From contig CDMY01000258.1 of assembly GCA_001179505.1 (NCBI GenBank), positions 83,042 to 147,041 on the forward strand: 64,000 nucleotides of DNA. Direction: 5' to 3'. Positions within the stretch are counted from its first letter, which is position 1, and every line of letters begins with the position of its first letter. The stretch comes from Vitrella brassicaformis CCMP3155 (lineage: Eukaryota > Protista > Chromerida). The notes under the pieces were generated by a model, which was given only the letters and a program-made list of their open reading frames with translations, did not search any database and was not told the DNA's origin. The position numbers and the translations under genes are program-made. Shown piece after piece: positions 28,950 through 39,565 of the stretch.

Positions 28950-31548
28950 CTACGGTGGTCCCTCCATGACAACATCGTCTGCGGCAGAACCAGCACCACC
29001 ACCACTGCCACTGCCACCATCAGCAGCAACAGTAGCGGCAGCGGCAGCAGCAGCAGCAGCAGCCTGTGACGGCAACTCCTCACCTGAAAGACACACAACA
29101 CAACACAACACATGTACCTCTGCCCGCACCTTTCCACCAGTGCCTCCCTCTCTCTTTCCGCCCGCCCGGGATACTTACCACCCCCAGAAGCAGCAGCAGT
29201 ATCCTTGTGCTGCGTGTGTGTGTCCTCCTTGACCCCGTTTGCCTCCGATGGCCCGCTGCACTGGTCGGTCGACACCTCACCAAACGGCACAGACGCACCG
29301 GGGGCGGAGATGGGGGCAGGTACGGCACCCCCAACACTCGCAGCACCAGGCTGATCACCATCACGCATATCATCACCGGCGGCTGCAGGGCCAGCAGCAG
29401 GGCTGTGGTCTGGCTGCTCGGCCTGCATCCCTACCGCCACTCCCGCCGCCATTGCCTCGGCGAATGGGGGCGGCTCGGCGAGCGGCTCGCTGCCGCCCTC
29501 CGTGCCCCTTAATCCCATCCCCGCCAACGCTCTTATCTCGTCTCTGTAGCTGGTGGCCGCCGTGATGGCCTCCTGCACGTGGATGTAGGTGTCTCCCATG
29601 ACCTCGAAGCGCCGCTCGTCACTGTCGCCCACTGCCTTGACGGCAATGACCACCTTGCGCGAGAGGGAGAGCTTGCAGATCTTCATGCCGAGGTCCCGCC
29701 CCTGCTCGCGCTTGAGCATGTCCTTCATGGCGCTCCGGGTGCAGCTCAGCAGGTGCTCGTAAGCCAGGGGCTCATGGGGAGTCAGGTGCCATGCGATGGG
29801 CGGCTGGGGGGCCCGGCCGGCTTGCGATGGACTGGCCGTCTCCAAAACAGCAGCGGCAGGGGAGCCCTCCACTCCTTCCATGCCCTCGTTCTCGCCCTCC
29901 ATGCCCTCGCCAGCAGCAGGGGACCGCTGCATGTCCATCGCTATGGCGCCTTCAGGCTGCTGCTCGTCGCCCTCCAGCACAGTGGGAAGAGAAGTGCCGC
30001 GACCCCTCTTGCGCCCCCGCCCAGCCGACACGCCACCCCTACCTCTACCCCGCCCCCTGCCACGCGACGAACGGCCCCGCCCTCTGGAAGGTGACTTCTC
30101 GAACACCACACCGGCACCCTCGCCCCCGTCCGAAGGTGACGGGTGCTTACGTGGCCTGCCGGGCTTGCGCTTGACGGCGGGGATGAGTGGGAGGGGCAGC
30201 AGGGGCTGCTCGGTGTGTGCTGCGGCAGCAGCCGTGGGTGAGAGGTCCTCGTCTTGATCTTGGTCAGGGTGTGGCGGGAGCATGGGCTGGTCTTCGCTCT
30301 GCTGGGTGATGGAGGACGACTCGCGGGACACCCGACGCATCTTGGGTTTCCGTGGCGGTGCCAGGGGCACAGGGCCGCCCTCGTCTCCCTCGAGCTCACC
30401 ACCCTCGCCCTCATCCTGATCCTCGGCCTCGTCCGGCATTGCCAGCGCCCGCTTGGATGGCTCCATCTGCGCCTCGTCATCGGCGGCAGCCCCCTCCTTC
30501 TTGAGGCGTCTCTTCGGCTGCCGGCTGCTGCCGAGCCGCAGGCGTCTGCCGTCGTCCACAGGGGCCCGTGGTGCGACGCCGTTTTTGGCCAGGAGGGCGT
30601 GGCGGACGTTCATGGCCTCCTGGATGATCTGCTGGGCGGTCTTGCCCGGCACCACGTGGACCGTCTGTGTGTCCCGCTCGCCCTTTTTGCCGCCACTGGC
30701 CTCGTCGACGCGCTTCGGCACCGCCACACGGATGCTGGCGCGCTCGCCGTCCCGCACCTCCCGCCGCATGAGGGTCATGTAGAGGCTGCCCGAGAAGGTC
30801 ACCCTCAGGCGCTTGATCTCGTTGTCCACCTGTTGGATGAGGCTGAGGGACGATGGCGGCGAGCTGCCCCCTGCGCCCGCCGGCTCGCTCCACCGCCGCT
30901 TGTCGCGCCGCAGCAGCATGCTGTCGGACTGCTCCTCCGTGACGGCGCGGCGCACTCTCTTGGCCGCCGACGATTGTGTTGGTGGCTTCTTGGTGTCATT
31001 GTTCTCCTTCTTTATGTGTGGCATGGCGATGGGCTTGTCATCGTCGCTGCTGGACTCGTCAGGCGACTCGTCTACAGGTATGCCGGGGACGATGCCCACC
31101 TCACACGCGAGGGCGTCGCGGGACTGACAGGCCTTCTTGAGTGCGTCGAGGAGCGCGTGTGCGTTGCGGTTGAAGGGCTTGAGGACGTCCTGACGCGACA
31201 TGCCGTTGTGGCTCACCTTGACAACGTAACCGGACTCCTTGCGCGACCAGCTGATGTACCGGTGACCCAATGCTGCACAAAGTCAGACCAATGTGTGTGT
31301 GTGTGTGTGTGCCCCTTGTGTGTCCATTGTGTGTCGTCTGCGGTGTGCTGTGCTGTGTACCTTTTGTGTATGCGTTGGCCCAGGTAGGTGCTTTGTCCGC
31401 TAGCTTGAGCAGCAGCTTAGTGGCGAAGTCCTGCTGCTCCTTCTTGGTCAACACGCCCTCGTGCGCATGACGAAGGAAACGATTCTGAACCACTGAATGA
31501 CATTACACACGACCACACACACGTGATGACGCATGCGCATCGAGTGAA

Positions 31549-31582
<34 letters not shown>

Positions 31583-33805
31583 TCTCTCTGTGCGCCTTAC
31601 GTGTAGGCGTCTTCTGCTTGCCGTGCGATTCCAGCTTCTGGAAGATCAGTCCCTTCTCCACCGGGTCCGCCCGCTTGAGCCGCGCGACCACCTCCATCGC
31701 CCGCCACAGCCCCTCCTTTCTCTCGTGCTGCGCCGCGAACCGACGCCGCATCGCCGGGTCTCTCTCGAAGAACCCCTGGTTGTCCTTGATCAACATGTTC
31801 CGCAGGTGGGCCTCGAACCGCGGCTGCAGCTTATTGCCCTCCAGCACGTAGGTGGCGTCAGATGAGATCTTGTGGGGGTGGAGGTTGAACAGAAGGGGGT
31901 AGGGATTGCGCGAGGGCGACGGGGGGCTGGACGGGGCGATGCGCTTCGGTGGCCGCGACGGCACAGCCGACTTGGCCGGTTTGCGAGGGGCTTTGGGCGG
32001 TGGCGGGGCGGCGGATGGCGTCGAGGGCGCCTCGTCGTCATGCGGATCGTCTATGGATGATTCGTCCTCGTGTCGTGCGGGTGGGGGTGTGGGCGGTGGC
32101 CTCTTGGCCTTGATGGGACGCTTAGCCGAGAACCCACCACTGGGCGTCCACTCCTCCTCTGCGTCGCCCCTCGCCCGCGATCTGCCCCGACCGCCGCCCC
32201 GCCCCCTTCCTCTCCCACGCCCCCTCTCTCTCGTGGGCTCGTGTGCGACGGGCAGCCGCAGGGGCAAATCCTCATCGCTGTTGACGTTGTTGTCCTGCCC
32301 ATTGTGCGGCATCTTGCTCGGCCAGCTGACCCCTCTGTCATCCTCCGCCTGGCGAACGTGTTCCTCGGCCAACATGAGGGCCTTGTTCAGGGCGGCAGTC
32401 AGGCCGCCCTCCGTCACGGCGCCGTCACCCTCCGGAGCCGCGGTGAAGGACAGCTGGCCGTCGGCCGCCGGGAGGCCGTCGAGGGTCAGAACGAAGGCGT
32501 TCTGGTCGGCGGAGAAGCGGAGGATCTCTTCAGGGTGAGCGAACTTGTCACGGAGGAAGGCGTTGTTCTGCTGGGCCCATCGGTGATGGAGCAGGGCCAT
32601 GGCCATGGCCGCTGTGGTGTTGGTGGTGGTGTCTTGGCAGGTTGACGTGGCGGGCTGCTGTGGGGGCAGTAGGTGGGGGAGGGCCGGGTTGGCCATTGGG
32701 TCGGCCGCGTCACCACTGGTGGGAATGGGATAAAGGTGAGAGGGGTGGGGGAGGGGGAGGGATGGGGCTGGACCACCGCTAGACGCAGCCGCAGCTGCAG
32801 AGAACGAACCTGAGGGCACACCATGACACACGAGAGATGAGTGGAGTTGACTGCTTTTCGATCGCTTCCCATTGCTTACCATGCTGGTCGTTCTTGTCGT
32901 CGGCGATCTGTGTGCCATCCGTGGCGGATGCGGGCGGTGTCCTCTTCCCGCGGCTCCTCGGTGAGACGATCGTGGGCGGCCGTGGCCCCACACCACCCGA
33001 CGCCCTGGGCGGCCCGACCTCCCTCCCGATGCTCATGTGGCCCTCGTGCGCCCGCATCACCTCCTCGGCTGACGTGGGCATCGGATGCGCACCCGCGGCC
33101 CTTGAGCTGGCTGGTGCTGCCATTGGCACCGGCGGCGGTTGCATCATCAGGTGATGCGGCGGCAGATACATGCCCTGTGGCGGCATGAAGCAGGGCGGGA
33201 AGAAATACGGATGGGGTGGGGGTGGGGGGAACGCCATGGCTGGGTGTGGCTGTTGGGAGTGAGGGGGGTGAGAAAGGGGCTCGGGGTGAGCGGGTGACGT
33301 TGTGCAGTTGGCGTCGTTGCCGGGGACGACGTCCACCTCAACCGGATCCTCTGGGGGCGGCAACACGGGAATCCTTGAGGGCAAGGGCGGCGCCGAGAGA
33401 GACATCGGCGCGTCTACCTGAGGGAGGGAAGAAAGCAACACCGATGCGCGTGTGCATGAGCCCATCCACTAATGCCTCCCTCCCTCCCTCCCTCCTTACG
33501 TCATGATGGTTATGCAGCTGCGATGAGGGCACTGGAGTCCCCAAACGGCCCATGTGGACACCGCCTTCGACAACAACAACGGGGTCATGCCCTCCGGCTA
33601 CTCCCCGGCGCCGCGCAGGGGAGTCGTGCTGCTGCATGGCGACGTCAGCGGAGGCTGAGGACCCCCCCGCATGTCCGCCACGACTCTCTGCGTTCCCAAC
33701 GCGGCTCTCCATCAGCTGAGCTGCCCCGTTGGTGCTGCCTCGCGGGTCAGGTGTGTGTCTGTCGGCGGATGACAGGACGGGGAGGTGCGAGGGCTGGCTC
33801 AGCAT
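28950..33805 (-). CDS. ApiAP2-like DNA-binding protein (~1470 aa, 6 exons): N-terminal cassette, 3-4 AP2-like domains and an AT-hook
   Basis: Exons 33805-33500, 33417-32880, 32809-31601, 31492-31361, 31272-29179 and 29083-28950 join in phase through GT-AG introns (4413 nt). AP2-like segments: YISWSRKESGYVVKV..LKKACQSRD (31270-31090), ..IQEAMNVRHALL (30820-30580), ..VQEAITAATSYRD (29690-29510). AT-hook KRKPGRPRK at 30173-30146. Confidence 0.75.
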
Positions 33806-34046
33806 GGCACACACATGCGCCGAGGCGATGTGGCGGCCACACGAAACACAAGGGGGTGATTCTTGGACGGATAGTTCTCGGACTGAGAGTTTGGCAGGGA
33901 GGTCGTCACGCCAAAGAGAGCTGTCCTTCTACGAATGCAGGCGTTTGTTCGCCTCCTCGTCACAAAGCTCGCACGCCTAGGGTGCGGTGTGAAACCGCCG
34001 CTGCTGCTGCTCTGGAGAGAGGAACTGTGAGGTCATCGGGTGCGCG

Positions 34047-35689
34047 ATGGAAGATGCCGACAAGGATTTCGTACTATCATATGGTGATGAGCCATCATCT
34101 ATCGAGGACACGCTGAGGAACATGCAACAGGACGGCCTGATGCACGGTGATGGTGATGAGGGCCTCATCGACTACCTCACGCTGCCCTCTTTGCCCGACG
34201 TCAATGACTCTTCGATGGAACACATCACGTAAGCCACAGAAGACTAACTTGTCACGCACAGACAGGATCTCATGACATGGGTCTGTGCGCTGCCATTCGT
34301 CCATCGATCAGGTCAGCGTGTGTGCTTAATGAGGCGCAAAGGCTGCGGGAGTGCCCTGAGGCGCAGGAGGACAGAGAGCGGTGGAGGCTGTTCAACCGGT
34401 AAGAACACAACTTACACATTGCCGAGTTACTCGGTGATTTTCGATGCCCTGTGTGTTTCCTGCAGGTCACTTCCCCTCCACGGCCGGCTGTCGAAACATG
34501 GCGACCACATGTCCTCACCCAAGGTGGCCACAGCCGCGTCTGTTACCTGCTCTGAGAGCCCTGCAGAACGCCAACCTCCGTCGCTGTCGCAACCAAACGG
34601 GTCTATGAATGGGGCGTCGAGTGGCGGCGGGCTGAGGGCAGCGCTGCGGAAGGCACTGCTAGGCGGAGGGGAGGGATCCGACGAGGTCACCCGATGCTTA
34701 CACGAGGTGCGTAGGTCTCACACGCAATACATCTACACATTCGCTGACCGTATTTTGTGTGCGGTGGTCAGGCGTCCACCGCTCTGTTGAGGTATCGCTG
34801 CGCACCTCCTCGCGTGTCTGCGTCAGTCCAGGAGTGCGCGAGGCGCCGCCACGGCAGCATCTGCGAGCGGATCGCACTGAAGTGGCGGGAGAGTGCCCCT
34901 GCTGCTGCGTCGACAGACAACGGTGCTGACCCGCCGCCGCCGCCTCCTCCTCCGTCACAATCCATTGAGGAAGCCACCCCAGCGCCCTCCCAGCCCTCTC
35001 TCCCCCCTGCTGCCGGCCTGCCAGCTGTCCCCTCCGTCAGCACACGGCAAGGCAGCAACAGCAAGTGGCTGGACTCCCTGCCGCCCAGGAAGGGCCGAGC
35101 TGTGCAGCTCATCGATACGGAAGAGGCAAACAAGAGCAGGAAGCGCAAAGCGGGCGACGGGGAGGATGGGAGGAGCCCCAGGGTGCGTCAGCACACACCT
35201 GTGGGCAGCACCGGCAAGATGCAGCTGCGCAGCAGGTGGGGATCGGATGGGTGGCACGGGTTGACGCGAAAAACACTTCCAGCTAACGGATTGCTGCTGT
35301 CCCCATCTTTCCTTTTCAGGACTGGTCGTCGTGGCGGTTCCTCCTCGTCTGCCGTCATGGACGCCAAGGCCTTCGTCAGCAACTTCGAGGCCAACGTTGA
35401 CAGGGCCATGGCCGCAGCGGCTGACGGAGATGCAGATGCCCGTGTATGCGAGCCCTCCCCTGCCCTCCCCCCTGCACAGCCCCCCACAGCCGCCATCGAG
35501 GCCTGTGCTGCTGACCAAGGAAAGACGACCGAGCGGCCCAAGGCGGCGAGGGGCAAGAGGAGACACAGGCGTCGGGGACACGACCGGAGGAGCTGGGAGG
35601 CACGCCCGTATGTGACGGGCGGGAAAGCGGCTGTGAGCAGTGAGGATCTGCCGGAGTACGAGAGGGGCCTGTTGCCAAAGCCAGACTAG
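34047..35689 (+). CDS. Hypothetical protein (4 exons) with a possible divergent AP2-like domain
   Basis: Introns 34229-34465, 34707-34771 and ~35239-35320 are in phase. The junction yields EVTRCLHEASTALLRYR..SASVQE..ICERIALKWRES. The gene is divergent from the ApiAP2-like gene. Confidence 0.55.
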
Positions 35690-36049
35690 TGTGTGGGCGA
35701 AATGTGAGGGCTCACTGGAGAGGGAGGGTGTCTGTGTATCTGTCTGTGTGAGAAGACGTGTGTGTGAGTCATGTGTGCTCATCGTGCTCACAGACGATGG
35801 GGTGCGTGATGACGTACGTCGAAGCCCTTGAGGCAGCCAAGGCAGTGAAGACAAAAAAGGGACACACACTGCATATACAGACCTTCAGCGAGCGACAGAG
35901 GTGATCAACCCCAGCGAAATACCCGGTGTCAGTAAGAATAGCGGATGAACGTCGGACTATTCTTGCTTACGCCAGGTATCTCACTCGGGTCGATGACCTC
36001 GAAGCCCTTGAGGTTGCCGTCTTCGTGTACACAAAGTGGTCAGCTTTCC

Positions 36050-36560
36050 CTAGTTAGTTGTGTAGGTGGATGGGGTCTGCTCAGACACAGAGAGACGCTT
36101 GTGTTCGTTCCCATGCGTTGAAGGTTTTGGATGCGTCTTGATGTTCGGACAGTGGTGTTGATAATTAATCGCACTCACTCACTCACTCACCATGCAGTAG
36201 TGGTGACAGACAGACAGACGCGTCAGCCAGTCAGGCAGTATCCATCCATCCATCCATTCGTGCATCCATTGGTCCACACTCACTCAGACGGCCACTTGTC
36301 ACTCACTCGCGCATCCAGACCTCTATCCCTCTCCCTGTCCCCCTTCCCTCCCTCTGTCTCTGTGTCTGTCTGTGTCTGTGTCGGTCGTTCACATCGAGTC
36401 CTTTTTCTTCTTCTTCTTCTTCTTCTTCTTCTCGATGTCTGCGATCATCTTAGCGATGTCCTTCACCAAGCTCTTGGCGATGTCCTTCGCTTGGTGGCCG
36501 CCATCGCCAAGATGATCAAAGACATCGAGAAGAAGAAGGATGGATCGACCGACACAGACA
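36050..36560. repeat. Dispersed ~500 bp repeat with an internal long inverted repeat, copy 1
   Basis: Matches 63333-63843. Hairpin arms at 36423-36458 and 36502-36537. Confidence 0.92.
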
Positions 36561-37233
36561 GAGGATCTGGTAGCCTGTTTCCGTCTCTCCCTCTCTCTCT
36601 CTCTCTCTCTCTGAGTGTGTGTGTGTCATGTGGCCACACAGTGTGTGTCGTGATTGACCTAGGTGTCATTTGGACACCCAGGTCTCTCTCGGTTCCTTCC
36701 ACAAGCCGAGGGTCAATGCCAATGAAGGTGAAAACCATCACCATTCATACACACACATGCAAGCATGACATGAAATCATCCATAGCTCTCCTCGGCCGTT
36801 GTGGCACGTGCCGGTGCCGCCGCACTCTTCGGCGTCTAGCTACGACCCCCCGACCCTCCAGGAAGCGTTCCAGCCAGACACAAGAGAGCGATATGGATAC
36901 AGCAGGCGCACACGGAAGCATGCATCAAACTGTACACCACATCCGTGTGGCCCCCAGCTCTCTGATGATCAGTGAGTGACTCATGCAATCGTCAAGTCAG
37001 CAAGGCACATGAGTGGAGTGGGCCAAATGCGCTCCTGCACCTCATCGAACGCCATTGGGATCGCTCATGGCCCATGGCATGGCCACAAACGACACGCATG
37101 GTCTCAATGAGGTACAGAGGAACCGCCGGCACCACTGACGTGACAACGGCATCCCACGCCACCACACAGACACCAATGACAAGCCAGGAATCTTCCACAA
37201 GTACGCACATCCTCAAGCAGGCCACCCACCCAG

Positions 37234-39565
37234 TCAGTACGCTCTCTGATCATCCATCCCGTTGCTATCGACACGCGAGAAGTAGTCAGTGATCAGTCGC
37301 TGGCCCGCCGTGATGGGCAGCCCCTTCCGATACAGCTCAACACTACACGGGCCTGTCTGCACAGCGGCGAACCCGTGAGGGCTCAGCCGCTCGGCTACGC
37401 CTCCCTCCCCATCATCGTGCAACGACTCGACAGGGAGTGCATCGTCGGTGGTGAGTGTGATGTAATCTAGCTTGGGCAGAGTGGTGATGGCCTTGACGCA
37501 TGTGCGAAACAGCCGAGACCAGACTGGCAAACGTAGTAGCAACTCGCCCTCGTCTGTCCGCCCATCTCCCTCCCCGCCCTCTGCAGCGAAGTTGGTAGCG
37601 AGAAACACGCTAATGTGCCGGATGCGATGCTCTATGCCCTTGCCCTTGTTGCTGCTGCCCTTGTCGGCCCCTGCCTCCCCCACCGACACATCTATCTCCA
37701 TCTTGCTGCTGCTACACGCCCCACCCGCCCCATCCTCACTGCCCTCATCTGCCTGCCCCTCCCACAGTGACCAATTCTCACTGCCGTCAAGGCACTTGTG
37801 AAACGCACACTTGACGTGCAGCAGTCGCCCCCCACTGGCACAGTTGCTCAGGTACGACGGCAGGAAAAACGGCTGTTCATGAAAAGAGGGCTGGCGGGCG
37901 AACCGCACTACCCGCAGCGATGGGAGGTCGTCTATCGTTTTGACGACGGCCTCCTCGCCCAGCTGATGCGCACTGCCCATCTCGACGAACTGCACCGACG
38001 GGAAGACGCGGCCGAGGTTGAAGAGCAGTGGCTGTGGGAGGGGGTTGTCGGTGTCTGTGGCCGGCTGCAGGGTGAGGGTGCGTGCTGAGCTGAAGACCAG
38101 CTTGGGCAGGAGGAAGTAGAAGGCCTGGATGATGTTATCCTCTGCCAGGCTGGTGGAGAATGTCACCGATGTGGCGAGGGAGGCCGCCAGGGTAAGGGTG
38201 GACGACTCGAATGCGGGCGTCTCGTCGTCGTAGATCCTGCGGATGGGGCTGCCAGGCTGTGTGGGCCAGAGGAGGGTGAAGGGGAAGTCGAATACGCTGC
38301 TGCTGTAGTCCTCCTTGCCGCCAGGGCTCACACAGTACTTGTGAACCGCATTGAGAGACTGTGACACCAGCAGGAAACACAGAGGATGCATTGAGAATGA
38401 TCAATCCCTCTTGTGTGCGTGGATGCATTGGTCACTCACCGATATGATTCTTGGCGTGATCTGTTTGAGCTTGATGGTGGCCTCGATGGCCTTGAGCGAC
38501 CCCATCGGCGTACCGTCGTCTTCATTGGTCCAGGGGTACAGGTCAGGTTCGTCCGCTGTGATGCTGAAGCTTGTCACCGTGTCGACGCTCGTGAGCTCGA
38601 CAAGCTTCATCGCGTCGTGCGCAGCCCACGCGAATAGGGGCGAGAGGGTGACGGTATCGACGGCGTCGCAATCCAGCCAGTCCCACCCATACTCTGTGTT
38701 GTAACCGCCAAACTCGTTGTCGTGCGCCGTCTTCTCCTGCGTAGTCAACTTGCGCAACTCGACGGTCTTAAGAGACCTGTGGCACCCACACCCAACAGAC
38801 AGGGGCGGATTGTGCGTAGGGACCTTTGGAAGGAACTGTCCTGGATTTGCACCCACCTGAGTGTCCAGCCGCGCAGAAACGAGGCCCACGCCCACCGCCC
38901 GCCCACCACTATCGTCTTCAACCGTGGGAACGCCAACGGCTTCTTATAGCCTGAACGCCACCGAGAGGGTACCTCGTGCTGCTTGACGCTGTGGCTGTCG
39001 GCTTCCAGACTCTCGAGGCTCTCACTAACGCCGTCGAGCAGCTTCACCATGCTCATGTTCATATGACACCGTACCACCGCCCGGCGGGTCTTGGCCAGAC
39101 GGGGCCGCCATGCCTCCAGCTGCTTATCGGTGGGGTCGATGTCGCGGTCGGCGAGGAATGCGATGGTGGTGTGCATGTCACTGTCGTGGGAGGGTCCCAG
39201 GAAGGATGAGTGGGCCCGTGAGAGGCCGCCGATGATGGACTCGGTGCCGATGAGGGGGCCGAGTCGGTCAAACAGCAACGCGTCAGGGAGGGTGAGCACC
39301 GACGGGGTCAACGACTGAACAGAGCACAGCACACACGCACAAATGTGCCATACACACACTCTCTCTGTATGTGTGTGTGTGTCCAAGTGCACGTGGGCGG
39401 CTGTCAGTTTGTGACCATCCTCACATCTAGGCGCAGGTTGCGAAGCATAGCAGTGAGCTTCTGCTGAGCGATACCGATGAGGATGTCCTGAGTGCTGGGC
39501 GGGGCATCGGCTGGGGCTATCTTGGACAGAAGGACCTTAAACCTCTCATAGTCCATATACACCAT
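37234..39565 (-). CDS. F-box-like/LRR-like protein, probably of a lineage-expanded family (about 4 exons)
   Basis: LTLPDALLFDRLGPLIG (F-box-like) is followed by LRR-like segments LAFPRLKTIVV, SLKTVELR, FPSVQFVEM and LPSLRVVRF. Long open exons are separated by TG-rich introns. Confidence 0.55.
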
